A DNA stretch of 64,000 bases, taken from the NCBI GenBank assembly GCA_032718475.1, contig JAUCBJ010001841.1, forward strand, positions 1 to 64,000, in the 5' to 3' direction. A program made the translations under genes and the position numbers. This document shows positions 28,511-41,250 of this stretch, piece by piece. The stretch comes from Nemertoderma westbladi. Lineage: Eukaryota > Animalia > Xenacoelomorpha. Below the pieces are notes generated by a model. It had not been told where the DNA came from. It did not search any database and saw only the letters and a list, made by a program, of their open reading frames with translations. How positions within the stretch are numbered: the stretch's first letter is position 1; each line of letters starts with the position of its first letter.

Positions 28511-31500
28511 CCCCCCCCCCCCCCCCCCCCCATTAGAGCTAGGACTAACTGTCAAACTTTGGAATCATGAAAACTTGACTCAAATCCCATCTCGGCGAAT
28601 TAATATCTCGTCTCAATGCTAAATTATAAATTTAGAGAAAGGAGCGGGTTACAGTGGCACGTTATTCTAACCAGAAGTAATCAGCTGTTATTTGCGTAGA
28701 TTTTCCCCTGTTAATTTTTATTGCGTCGAATGTTCCCACCCCTATCGGAAACTTTGATGAGTGTATTTTAGAGTAAATAACTTAAATATAACTAAAATTT
28801 TAGAGCAAATATTCACTCACACACCCCTCCCCCATATTTCAATAACTCATTTTCGTGCTCAGAGTATTTATGATGTACAAAGAAGAACAATCTACAGTGA
28901 CGAATTTAATATGTAGAACAAGAAATATAAAGAAGCAGCACAAATGCACCGAAAGAAACCTTTATACTAACTATACAACCAGCAACATGATAGTTATAAT
29001 ATATAATTAATGATTGAATGATATTGACTATTTAATGGTAAAAACAATGATTGCTTGAGATGTACATATACACTATACGTATTCATGTTCGTTGGGCTTT
29101 CGCTCACGACGAAGTAAGCAAGCTTAACATACAGGTAGTATTTCAACCGTTGCCTAGTCGTCCTCTTTTGATAGACAACTGTGTACCATGTTTGGTTTAA
29201 TTTCAACAAAGATTGATTATCCTTCACAACGCAACAGACAGACAACAACGGCTGAAACAGCCGCCGCTACACTTGTGCTAGACGAGCTTACTTCGCCATC
29301 CGCCCTACATACATGACACATCATCATGCAACAGACACCCCAGTCCTCAAATTTATACAGACAGTACGTCTGCCGGTAATATTAAAATAGCAGAAAAAAA
29401 ATAGCAGAAAGAAAGAGGCTTCATCACGCTATGTAATGTAACATAGATTACTATTACGCAAGGTATATCAATAGTGCATACATTCTAAGCAGCTGTGGGG
29501 GTGATGAATTGTTAGTGCAGTCGTGATCAGAAGTGCCAAAATAAAAAGATACAGGGAAAAACATACCTCTGCGCGATTTGTAAAAGCTTCCAAGTTTCTT
29601 ATCTTATCAAATAACCGCATTATTTATATATAGCCGGCAGTGAACTAAAGGTCAACTTATAACTAGTGTTTAAGATACTTGAGCAGTATAAATTTAACAA
29701 TAATTGTCAGACAAACCAGACCAGTTTTAGCTATGGAACCTACGGATATCAATTAATGTTATACAGCCGAATCGGATATCCGGCCGACCTTTGCCGCATA
29801 TTAAACCTTCCGTACACCACACGTATCGAATGGAGTTTATTCAATTTTTCTAATGAATTTTTTTATTTATGTATTATTTATATTAATTATTAATTAACTA
29901 CGAGTTAATGACGCAACAAGACCACAAGCACCGAATATGTGTTTGGTTGGTTTAAAAACTTAATTTAATTTATTTTAAAACATTAAAGGAACGTACCAGG
30001 TTACAGAGGCGGTGTTTTCTAACCAAAACATATAAAAAATATGCGGATATTGATCAACATTTCGGTCGGATCGGATATCTGGTGCAACTGTTATAATTGC
30101 AACCCTAAATCTATTGAATTGTTTTGTATTGCACCAAGTTTACATACCGATACGGGTCAATAGATATTCTTCTCGGCGAAATAATAAATGTAATTCTATT
30201 AGGGGACACGAACAGATTGCAGTGGAATGTTATTCTAACGTTAAAAAACAATAACGGGAGTTAATAGAACAGGTCGTAGATTAATTTCCCCCTCAGCAAC
30301 TATTATTTGCATCGATTATCCCACGGAATGGACAGGGTTCATGTATCCCCCACCCCCTATAATATTACAATATACATAAAATTAGTCGAACATGAACCAA
30401 CGCTAAACTACAACTGCACTAAACTGCGGGAACATTTAATTATATCATGAACAATACTCTAATATTGTGTCACCGTTAGTACTTATTGCACTAAGCTTTT
30501 ATGCATTGCACAATATCGACTCGACATGGCCTGTACCATACCATATATGGTAACTGGGAACACGTTCAATAAATGAAGAGCACTTAGTCTGACCGATTAT
30601 GTTAAAAAAAACCACCAAGATCCCCCCCCCCCCCCCCCCCACCCCATCCCCCCAAGACACTTAGCATAGGCCTATAAAATCCATTGTTACCGAAACATTG
30701 ATATATCGTTACCAGTGAAGGAGAGCTCAAACTCAAACAAAGCCAATGTGACAACAATTGACAAACAATAACAAGTAAAAACACCAACTTATAACAAATA
30801 AAGACGTAGCGGAATGATTAAAGATTCTCGCAGACACTTACTCTTACAGGCACGGCACATTCCAACATACATTAGCGAGAATATATTATTAGATGAAAAC
30901 CCCCAAACCTTAATAAATTATAAAAATTTACAAAATAAACTACAATGTAAATTAATTACGTACCGGTACCGGTATATATACATTAAATATTATAAAGTGA
31001 AAAGGAAGTTATTACTCCTTTTATATTTTCCACTGCAGCTATTTGTATGCTAACCGTCGTGCAAAGCAAATATATAAACTAGGGTGTAGTTTGGTGGATA
31101 TAAAGACAACCGCTACATATTATCTTCAGGAAAAGAGAAAGTCCCTCAATGAGAAACAAATTGAAATTCCGAAACAAATAAATAATAAAGACAGTTAACT
31201 TTCTGTAAACTACCGGTACATATATATATATATACGTGATTCCTTTGTTATATAAAACGCACCAATTAAATATCTACAATCACCCAATGTACCGGTATGG
31301 ATAAAGGTATTGATGGATTCAACAAATATCTGTTAAATCGTACCTGATAAACAACGATATGTGAAGATAGATAGATAGTGCAGACAATGGTGCAAAAACG
31401 ATGGATAAACTAAATCATGTGAAAGATACAATAAATTATTATATAATTAATTAAATGTAAAAAATAATGTCGATTATTGACTAAATCCCTTCGGCACAGA

Positions 31501-31518
31501 TTTCGTAAGAAATTCGGT

Positions 31519-33318
31519 CTATAGATATATTGTCTGGTTACCTTGGTAACCGTAGTCGTCCCTGTGAGTCCGGCGTTGGTGCGGATAGTCGCGATTGTTG
31601 GTCCCGTAGGCCGGCGTGGGGTCGCTGTAATCCGAGTCGTAGAGTCTGTTAGCCGCCCCGCCGTCCCAATAGTCCCGCCGGGAGTCCGCGGGGGGCGGGT
31701 CCACGTAGCCCCTGGCGACCGCCACGTCTCTAGGCAACCCGCGGGACCACTGGTCCCCGTGCTGCCTCGCGTCCGGCTCCGATTCGTCCCAGTAGGAGTC
31801 CCCCGAGTCGCCCCCGGGATGGAGTGGTTGGCGACGCTCGTAGCGGTTCGGTTCCCCCTCCCCCCGTGTGGGGGAGTACGCAGGGGGCGGGTCCCGTTGT
31901 CCCACAGTGTCAATCTGCCCTACAGTGTCCCGCTGTCCCACAGTGTCCCTCGCCTTGTCCCGTTGTCCCATCTTATCCCCGGCTTCCCGCCCTCCCGTTT
32001 TACCCTCGCGTTCGGTCACAGTTTTTCTCGCTTTCCGCGACTCCACCGGCGGTGGATCCGGGGGGTGAGTGCACCGCCAGTATGTCTCCAGGTAGTCGGC
32101 GAGATGCTGACACGCGTCCTCCAGCTGGTTGTCGTCGAGAATAACGTCGAAGCTCTCAGCGACGCATTGATGGAGTTTATCCGCGGCGACTAGCTGCACG
32201 TTGAGGTTCCGACTCTGGGACTTCCCGCGGGATTTAATGAGCCGTTGGAGGACCTTGGGGGAGGCGACCTTGAGGTAGACCACGATGGGAGAGAGCGAGG
32301 TCTTACTCAGCTGGGAAGGGTGGTTGATTGTGTCGCAATCGAGGACCACTATGTTTAGGGACCTCGCCAACTCGAAGATCCTCTCGATTTCGGCCTGGAC
32401 CTCGGCGATGCTTGAGACCCGACTGTTGGAGCGCTCGAGGATGGCGCGACGGTTGGGGTTGTTGAGGACGGATCGCTTAGCCAACGCGATGTCCGCTGTC
32501 ACCCGGGTGATGATGATGCGACCTTCGAATTTGTGTTTGAGGAAGTCGAATATGGCCTTCTGCATCATATCGGTGACCTCGTATCCCTTGAGGGAGGGCC
32601 CGACTAGGACGAGAGGTCTCATCGAGGGGACCACATCGTACGGGGCCAATCCGTCTGATTTCTTGAAGAATGTCGTCTTCCTCTCGCGTTTAGCGGCGGA
32701 CGCCGCCACTGAGATCTTCTTGGCCCCGGCCGAGGAGTTAACGTCGGATTCCAACTCGGTCTCCTCCGCTCCGGACACCCGCTGCGGCGGAGTCCCTCCG
32801 CTCAGCTGATGCCGCGCCTTCCGACCTCCTCGCTCGCTACCCAAGGCCTCCAGATGCACCGGACTCGGGATGAATCCGAGCGACGCCCCCTCTATTAGGT
32901 TCCTCCCGATCCACCAGTCCGAGTCGTACTTCTCCTTTATGTGCAGGTAGTCCTTGACGTCGAAGGAGACCGCGGCTCCGGGTACCGGGACCTCGTCATC
33001 CGCGACCCCGTTGTACGCCACGTTGGTGCGGACCGCGAAGGCGACGGGACGCAAGGCCGATCGTTTGAGGCACTCGTGGGCGTGGATACCGGTACCACGG
33101 CCTTCCGGGTGCGGCTCCGCGGAAGGGGCCGCGTCACTCGCGAGTCTGAGTTCCCGGATCCGATCGGTTCGCTCCTCCACCTCCGTTGGACCCGGGTCGT
33201 AGCGCTCCGCTCGTTCGAACGTCGACGAACTGTTTATCGAACTGTCGCTTAAACTTCCGCTGGTCGTGGGTCCGCGTCGGTAATGGACGGGGCGGCTTTT
33301 ATCGTAAACGTAAGTCAT
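31519..33318 (-). CDS. CACNB: Voltage-dependent calcium channel beta subunit (SH3-HOOK-GK), single coding exon, 599 aa
   Basis: Hallmark motifs [120 protein letters not shown] and [25 protein letters not shown], in one uninterrupted ORF. Confidence 0.96.
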   Translation of the reverse strand: MTYVYDKSRPVHYRRGPTTSGSLSDSSINSSSTFERAERYDPGPTEVEERTDRIRELRLASDAAPSAEPHPEGRGTGIHAHECLKRSALRPVAFAVRTNVAYNGVADDEVPVPGAAVSFDVKDYLHIKEKYDSDWWIGRNLIEGASLGFIPSPVHLEALGSERGGRKARHQLSGGTPPQRVSGAEETELESDVNSSAGAKKISVAASAAKRERKTTFFKKSDGLAPYDVVPSMRPLVLVGPSLKGYEVTDMMQKAIFDFLKHKFEGRIIITRVTADIALAKRSVLNNPNRRAILERSNSRVSSIAEVQAEIERIFELARSLNIVVLDCDTINHPSQLSKTSLSPIVVYLKVASPKVLQRLIKSRGKSQSRNLNVQLVAADKLHQCVAESFDVILDDNQLEDACQHLADYLETYWRCTHPPDPPPVESRKARKTVTEREGKTGGREAGDKMGQRDKARDTVGQRDTVGQIDTVGQRDPPPAYSPTRGEGEPNRYERRQPLHPGGDSGDSYWDESEPDARQHGDQWSRGLPRDVAVARGYVDPPPADSRRDYWDGGAANRLYDSDYSDPTPAYGTNNRDYPHQRRTHRDDYGYQGNQTIYL

Positions 33319-33687
33319 TTCGGAAGTCGTTCGGCTATTTAGGCTTAATCAACAATCAAATGTCTTTAATTAAATTGAAATATACTGATATCTGGATAGC
33401 CCGTTACCGGCCTGCCGGCAGACCGGTATTAATTGTACCTGTGTACCATTAATACTGTTGAAGTTACAATTAATACTGTGCATACCGGTACTGAAAAAGT
33501 AAACTTTACAATTTAAACAATCAACATTATTATTTAAAATTCAACTTTTTGTTAAAATTCAACTTTTTATTAAAATTCAACTTTTTGACTAGGACTGGAA
33601 ATACTTCTGTACTACTCAATATAGGCCTACTTGTACACAAATCTGCAAATGTCTGAATGTTAGAGTGCATTAATGATTGGTATAAAC

Positions 33688-34304
33688 GGGTGACAGACCG
33701 AACGTAATCAGAATCGAATGTAACATAATTTTTACGAATCGAACGTAACCTCAATTATGTTACATTGGATCCCATACAGCCATAAGCCATAACTATGTTA
33801 CATTCGATCTACAAATTACTAAGCTCGAATGTAACATACATTTATTTTAGTTGTGTTTTGATTTCAGGAGTTAACCGATGAAATGCTTCGTTTATTTACA
33901 GGAAGAAACAGTTTGGTGTTGGTGAGTACAAAACAAAGACCCAAGACCCAATTATGTAACCTGCATATTCTTGTAACATGTGTTAACTTTCGTTTATTGT
34001 TTTGGTTCCCCCAACACGCCTCTGTAACCTGCTCCTTCTGTCCTTTCAGCCTTTAAATAAAAGTAACCTGCATATTCTTGTAACATGTGTTAACTTTCGT
34101 TTATTGTTTTGGTTCCCCCTGCACGCCACTGTAACCTGCTCCTTTAAATCTGTAAATGGCAATGTTACATTCGAGCTTGGTAATTTGTAGATCGAATGTA
34201 ACATAGTTATAGGATCCAATGTAACATAATTGCTGTTACGTTCGATACGTAATAACTATGTTACATTCGATCCTGACTGCCTGATTACGTTCGGTCATGT
34301 ATCC
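33688..34304. mobile_element. Mutator(MULE)-like non-autonomous MITE with ~150-bp TIRs
   Basis: Inverted ends GGGTGACAGACCGAACGTAATCAG... / ...CTGATTACGTTCGGTCATGTATCC with ATGTTACATTCGA sub-repeats. 9-bp direct repeat GGTATAAAC on both flanks (33679-33687, 34305-34313). Internal ~90-bp tandem duplication. Confidence 0.75.
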
Positions 34305-34370
34305 GGTATAAACATGTTAATACCGTAGGCCTACTCGTAAATGTATCGATATACCGGGTAGGCCTAGTTT

Positions 34371-35239
34371 ACATTATGTATTATAAAGAATAAATAAAAT
34401 AATACGGTCAGACTTTAAGGTTTGTTGTTCTATTATAATTACTGTATTATTATAGATACAGTTAGAGTATTTGAGTAACGTATTAAAAATGCCTCGAGAA
34501 TAGTGAAAAAAGTTCTACGTTTTTTCCCATGCAGCCATGTAATAAATAATTATTTGTTGGAATTTCTTAAATTTGTCCTGGCGATTTGGTAGTGCGATAT
34601 TAATTCCACACCAATAAATGAAATAGGTAATGTAAGAAATTAAAAAAAATTATAATATTTAATGCAATATTATTATTAATGTCATGGAAATTAATTTGAA
34701 ATGTAATTCGACCATAATTTTGCTCTTAACAAAAAAAGTGACTGACAATAACAAATATAAGTATATCAAACCACTAAGAACATTACATTTGTAATTAAGA
34801 ACTGTGATCGGTTAACATAAACATCAGTGTTGCCTTACTTCCGTTTCCGTACTTAGTTAGCCTACTGCATTACAAAAACTACGTGAACGCATTGTACTTG
34901 TACATGTACGTAAATAGTTATTGTTACATTACAATGTCAACTTAACAGCGTTCTGGTGAATTACTCGTAACACTGCAAAGTAATCAATGACATGGAAACA
35001 ACTTCAATGACCGTATTCTGATCTGACCTCTATGTGAGAATTCTCATTATATGTCATTCATACAGTCATAGTCCTCTATGAATCTCAATGACCGTATTTT
35101 ACTATAATCTAATACGTTACTCAAATACTCTCTTACTGTATCTATAATAACATGTAATATAATACAGTAATTATAAAAGAACAACAAACCTTACTGCCTT
35201 ACCGTATTATTTTATTTCTTCTTATACAGTAATAATGTC
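34371..35239. mobile_element. Degenerate foldback/MITE with ~110-bp inverted arms
   Basis: 34385-34485 (AATAAAATAATACGGT...AGAGTATTTGAGTAACGTATT) is the approximate reverse complement of 35110-35222. No clear TSD. Confidence 0.6.
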
Positions 35240-35525
35240 CAATGCCATAACTACGCTTTCCTGTAAATATAGAAATCAATGATTAATATTGATTTGCGGC
35301 GAGGTGTCCGATAATTTACGGCGAAATGGCATTCACAGTGAGACACCTCGCCACAAGACACCTCGCCGCACATTATCTGCGGCGAGATGACTTGCGGCGA
35401 AGTGGCAGTGCGGCGAGGTGACCAGCACCCGGCTGCCCGGTTGTTATGTGATTTACTTGCTAATCTTGGCCAGTATTAAATACACTAAATCAACAAGCAC
35501 TGATCAATGTGTACAGATATACAGT

Positions 35526-37412
35526 CAGTCGGTGAGAAGTCAAAAATTGGACTTGAGTCCAAAATTGGACTTCGACTCCAGTTCAAGTCCAAAATTGGAC
35601 TTCTGTGAGTCCAATATTGGACTTCAAATCAGCCAATTGTTACAGGGCCTTGGGTAATTGGATCGGGTGGGATTTTTTTTCTTTAATCGAAAATATATCA
35701 AAAAATAAGAGTTTTGAACAGGGGGACCTGAAATTCACCAGGGGGAACTTTTTTTATAAGGCTTTGAATTTTTACAAAAGTCCAATATTGGACTTTAAGT
35801 CCAATTTTGGACGTGACATTGAGAATCGAACTTAAAGGTACATGAAGCATCACATATCAGCATATGAGAGACAGCCCATATGAGAGACAGCCAGACAGCT
35901 ATTAAGTTATGGAAAGTTACCTTTGCAGCTCTGTATGTATCTTCAGTGTACTGTACTTAGAATATAATTGTACATTCTAGGTATTTTGTACTTTACTTTT
36001 AGCATATTGTTTAGTTTACATTCATGTTATGTCTATGGCTGTATGGTAACCTTACAGGCTTATATTACAGCCTTATGTACCCAGGACTTTAGAGTCTTTA
36101 GGACTAGATTAGATTATGCTCCAACAAATATTTAATTACAAATTATATTTGGTGGAAACTGGTAGCAATGCCAGGTTTGCCAACTGCAGCTGCTGCTAAG
36201 GATAACTGGATAACTACAGTACAAGCTACGATTTCGTCTAAGCCTATGCTGCTATGGGAGCCCTATCAGAAAGAAATACTACAAGTTGATGCTACCACCA
36301 CCTCTCACTGTCTCAGCCTCATCTAATTTTTTCATACAACAGGAATGGTATTTTAAAACGGCTGGATAATGAAAGGGGATTAACTGATTAATGTGTTGGG
36401 GTCTCCACATAATAAGTACAGAAGTAACACACGTCATAAACAAATTGAGGGAAAGGAACAGGTTACAGAGGCAGGCTTTTTTTTCTCCAATCGGCATGCT
36501 GCATTGCAGCTGCATTATATATATAGGCCCTATTAAGAATGCTGTGCCGGCTTGTTGACAAAAGTGCGCCTCCACAACTCCCTTACACTCTTACAGCCTT
36601 ATCACCCATGACATTTGCTAGATCATCCACATCTTCAAGGCCAGTGTCCTTTAAGACAGTAAGAAAGATGCGTCTCAAGAAAGTCATGGGCTGTCCACCA
36701 TGCTTATTCACTCCATGCTGCCATGAGGTGCACTGGCTGGTCCTCACGGCGATAGCAATGTCCTGCAAAGCGGAGGCGGCTTTGTTCTAGTGTCAAGCTT
36801 GGGAGAACCAATGAGAATGAGACACCTCCAACTCCAATGTTATATAGTGCTGTAGTGTCTAGTTGGAGATGTGTGCATTGTACTTGGCACAGTGAACCTA
36901 ATCAAAACAATTAGTCAATAAACATAAACATTAACTCAATAACATAATAGGTTACAGTTTACAGTAGTCTCATTTTTGCCATACGATAGTCTTATTTTTG
37001 CCATACGAAAATACCACAGGTATGGGTGAATGAACTATACAGCTATAACTCCACTACCACTACCGCGGTATACACCATTAAGGCAGTACTGCCTGACTGC
37101 AGTAAGGCTACCGCAAAGCCATACCACTACCGCAAAAAGTAACTACTGATGTCTGACTGTATGTGTGCGATCCCTGCTTATAATACTTATAATAATTAAT
37201 TTGATCATTAAAATAATGTTGCATTGTAATTATGTAATATATATGTACTGATACGGGATGCAGTTTTGATTTAAATACCGATATACAGTATGGCAGCATG
37301 GGTAGGTACACTTGGAGTTGTACTAAAGTCCAATATTGGACTTTGGAGTCCAAAATTGGACTTTAAGTCTAAAATTGGACTTGAAGTCCAATTTTTGACT
37401 TCTCACCGACTG
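35526..37412. mobile_element. Non-autonomous DNA transposon with ~29-bp TIR and 5-bp TSD
   Basis: TIR CAGTCGGTGAGAAGTCAAAAATTGGACTT / AAGTCCAATTTTTGACTTCTCACCGACTG; subterminal AGTCCAA(A/T)ATTGGACTT palindromic repeats; TSD ACAGT at 35521-35525 and 37413-37417. Confidence 0.85.
36585..36885 (-). pseudogene. RTE-clade LINE reverse-transcriptase C-terminal fragment, frameshifted, nested in the TIR element
   Basis: Minus strand reads RLRFAGHCYRREDQPVHL and, in another frame, VLKDTGLEDVDDLANVMGDK, typical of RTE-type ORF2 3' ends. Confidence 0.7.
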
Positions 37413-37429
37413 ACAGTAGGAGTCAATAT

Positions 37430-37530
37430 TAGGGCTCGATCGGAGCTCCGGCCTCCTGCTCCGGCTCCGGCCATTTAGGCACCTTCGGCTCCTGCTCCGG
37501 CTCCGGTAAAAATATTGCCGGAGTTAATTT
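37430..37530 (+). mobile_element. Isolated hAT-like MITE terminus
   Basis: TAGGGCTCGATCGGAGCTCCGG followed by CTCCGGCTCCGG subterminal repeats; no partner end seen. Confidence 0.4.
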
Positions 37531-38187
37531 TTTAACACTAATACGTACATGTGTGCTACATTTTGTAGTCCGAAATGTTTCAGCATCAAGTTTGTTAAAG
37601 AAATTTTGGAATTAATACTCCAGGCGCCATCTATCCCTAGATTAAGGCATTAAATATATGCTAAAACATTCCTATGACCATAAATGTCTATTTATACACC
37701 ACTGAGAATAGAAAACCTCCAAAGGTACATGTCAACTACAAAATGTAGTCTTGAGTTCTCCATATAATCACATATGAAATTTTTGTTATTGAGTGAGGGG
37801 TTGTGTTCAATATGATGCAGAAACAGGTTATATACAGTCAGTAAAGTAATATTGATGTTTTAGGTAAGAGCTACACATTCATGCCACTCAATAGCTAATT
37901 CTGAGGCACCTGCCCATCTGAAAAATTATCTTATTGGCGATTTCCCCAACCATAAATTTAATCAAAGTCAATTTTGATTGGGTCTTTACATTATTACATT
38001 GTAAATTACAATAAGAATTATTACTTGACAAAACGAAATAATATATGTCAGTCAGTAAGTCTGCAAGATCATTGTGTAGGTTGTACGTTTTATTATTTTA
38101 TTTCTATATGTACGTACCCACCCGGTTTCCGTAAATGTCCAGAATTTGGCGTAGTTTAGAACATCATATAATATTTGGCGAAGATGT

Positions 38188-38826
38188 TCATGATGGCAGT
38201 GAAGGTTCATCTGATGAAGCAAGTGAAGGGGAAGAAAATATTAGGCTTATTGGGGAAAGTGAAAATGACTGATTCAAACATTGATAATATTTCAGGTTTA
38301 TTGAGCTGTTGAGTGATAGTGATTTTAAACTTGAGATCGAGAGCAGCTGTAGTGGTGGTAGTGATAGTGAGTCTGATTCAGGAGAATCTATATCCACATT
38401 ACCAGGCACAAATGAAAATATCATTTTAGCACTGGTGATGAGTATGTTGAATCAGAACCCAAACCAAGAAAGAAATCACGGATAGATATTGTCAGAGTTG
38501 TACCTAGAGTTTTACAAAACCCAATAACGGAACTTGATAGTTTTTTTATGTTTTTTACAATTGAAATTATTTACATCATATTGCGTGAGACCAATAGAAA
38601 ATGTCGAATCCTAGGTGAAAAACTTGGAAAAACAATCATTCACTTTTCATTTGTTGAGCTAAAAGCGAGCCTGACTGTAATGGCAGGAGTAGGCCTATAT
38701 AAAAGTGCACATCAAAACATTCAAGAGCTCTGGCATCCGATTCATGGACCACCATTCTTTAAAGCTACTCTTGGCTTTCAAAGATTCAAATTTCTAATTC
38801 GCTGTCTACGATTTGATTTAATTTAG
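38188..38826 (+). pseudogene. piggyBac transposase remnant (PGBD/DDE_Tnp_1_7-like)
   Basis: FFTIEII..ILRETN, ELKA...MAGV, ELWHPIHGPPFFKATLGFQRFKFLIRCLRFD match the piggyBac N-terminal half; an acidic Ser/Asp/Glu-rich leader with stops lies upstream; truncated. Confidence 0.8.
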
Positions 38827-39608
38827 TTTTAATTTAGTTTTACAGCTCAAATGAACCATATAGGCCTATTGAAATTACTTAGTAAATACAATTGACATAC
38901 ATGACTACAAATTGTAGCACACATGTACCATTTAGTAAAGACCACAAGTCTGTACCGATTAGTGTTAATAAAGTATTATATTTCGTGCATATTCTAATCT
39001 GAACAATTATTTACACTATAAGTACTGTCAGACTGTAGTACAGCTTCAATATACAGCAGTCCAGCATAATACTGCAGTATTTATTACTTAAAGTCAATGA
39101 CTGACTGACTGTTGAAGGTACTGCAGTACCAGTACTGGTACTGGCCAGCTGGCTGACTAGCAGACTATTACAAATAGGCCCTACTGTCTGACTGTAAAAA
39201 ATTGTAAATGCTATGATTGTACACTGTACCACTGCAGACATTTACAGAGCTGTAAATGTCAAAACAGCTCTGTCATCGTCATGCCAGCATACCTGCATAC
39301 TGTACCTGTGTACTGCAGACTGCAATACTGGCAGACTGGTACACGTACGGTAGGCTTAGGCTACATACAGTACACACCTCGACACCTCTACCACAATTAG
39401 ACAGTCTGTGAGTTAGGTACTGTAGGTAATTTTTAGCCGTCAGCGTCAGGCCGTCTGTCCGTGATAAATTAATTACTTAAATTTTAAATTGAAAATTCGT
39501 AAATCTATAAACAGATAAATTACTGAATTATGAAATTAATTAGACCTACAGTATGATTGATTATGGGCGATTGGCGAATGATAACCATACAGTTGTTACG
39601 AGGTAGAA

Positions 39609-41250
39609 TAAAACGTCTGTCCTTATCTGATCTGATCTGATCTGATCTGACGGTATCTGATCCTACAACCAATCAGGAGAAAGATATATAATATTTACCT
39701 AACTGTCTGTTAGGTAAATAGCCAATAGCTGAATAGGGGATCACGTTTCACGTTGCCTGTTTATGTATCAGTATTATCATATGACGTAGCAGTACAGGCA
39801 TACCGGTATGCATCTAATGCACAAAGGCATATTATTATATATTAAAAATGCGATATAGGATGAAAGATGGCAGGATTGTCCCAGCAAAGATGGATAGTTT
39901 CAGATGTAAACAACTTTCGTAGATTTAGTTGGTGTTGAAACATTAAACATTTATTAAAAACAATACAGCCTTTGCTGCAATATTTTCGTAAATCTTTCTT
40001 GTTAACCCTATTACCTTACCACTGGGGTGTTTTGACCATTAGCACCACTGGGGGGGGGGGGGGGGGGGGGCGATTCGGCCCACCCACTATATTTTTGTAA
40101 TCGTCCAATGAAATCCTACAAAATTTGGGCTGTTGGTGAAACAACTATAGATGAACACTCCCTACCAAACCTTAAAAAGTTAAAATTTCATAAGTAGGGA
40201 CTCATAATTTTGATGAAAAATAAAGGTAATCGAATGTGATTATATTCCATTTCCAAAAATTGAAGTGGATGCTATTTTTCGTGCACCTAAGAAGTGGGTG
40301 TGGCACTTCAAATTTTGAAAAATTAGATATTCAGAAAATGCCCCTAATTTTTTATTTCAACGCATCTTTATAGGTTTTCTGGGCCGCTGAATCGATTGAA
40401 AGTAATATAGAAGCCTGAAGACTTAGAGGTTAGCCATTTTTTGAAATCAAAACTTTTTGAAAAAAGATAAATTTAATAAAAAATCGACCGAAAAGTGAAA
40501 TCCTGGTATTCTTTACATGGGCGAAGAATACCAGACTTTATGCCGTTATATTTCACTTTGCAGTTACCCCCATGTGAAGAATACCAGGTTTTCACCAAAA
40601 ACACAGGTTACAGAACGGCTGAATATAACCAAAACAATAAACGAATTAGTATATTTACAGGTTATAAGACATAAATAAGCTCTATAATACACTCAATAAA
40701 GATAAATTAAAAAATAATTAAAATCTTCAAATATAAAATTCCAGTAAAAGTCGACTGAAAAGTGAAGTCCTGGTATTCTTCACATGGGCGGTATTCTTCA
40801 CATGGACCGACACCAAAATTTGGCACCAGCCGCTAAAAACAAATTTAAGATTTCTAGCTTATTTTATTTGAATTCCTTTTAGTTCGTTTCAGTTAGTCTT
40901 TTAGTTAGTATCGTTAGTTTCAGAGCGAGAGGTGTTATATTGACCCCCCCCCCCCGGATTTAAGGGGAATACCGGGGAAACTTCACATACTGGTCGATCG
41001 ACAAGGGCAGAAAATCCAGTACTCATTTAGCTACCATTTAAGGGTGCAAGGCAGAGATGCCTCGCTAAACCCTTCAAAACATTCGTGCCGAAACGAAAAC
41101 TACCTTGGCCCCCACGCCGGGGTTGAACCCACAACCTCCGAGATATGTGAATTCAATATAACCACTACACCAAGGTGCGCTCTGAACCAAGGTGGAACAA
41201 GTGTCAGATACCGTCAGATCAGATCAGATCAGATAAGGACAGACGTTTTA
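39609..41250. repeat. Inverted pair of ~50-bp (TCTGA)n-containing repeats 1.6 kb apart
   Basis: TAAAACGTCTGTCCTTATCTGATCTGA..CGGTATCTGA (39609-39660) versus TCAGATACCGTCAGATCAGATC..ATAAGGACAGACGTTTTA (41203-41250). Confidence 0.7.
40950..41180 (-). mobile_element. tRNA-derived SINE-like element
   Basis: Minus strand has A-box-like TGGTGTAGTGG (41172-41162) and B-box-like GGTTCAACCC (41129-41120). A similar head CACCTTGGTGTAGTGGT occurs at ~61837. Confidence 0.55.

Noticed and set aside
4646-28533. Dozens of long ORFs (QNNTP, EQYSP, VLFWG, SIVLG, EYCSG repeats), including the 1189-aa ORF at 4668-8237
   Set aside because: The 15-bp monomer has no stop codon in most frames; frames switch arbitrarily at 13/16-bp variants and starts are mostly TTG/GTG. 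Satellite artefact.
28590-30360. Patchy similarity between 28590-28745 and 30170-30360, and CGGATATCCGG motifs at 29765-30090
   Set aside because: Too degenerate to define boundaries; probably old repeat fragments.
31410-33452. Overlapping and antisense ORFs on CACNB
   Set aside because: Expected in GC-rich coding DNA; no recognisable domains.
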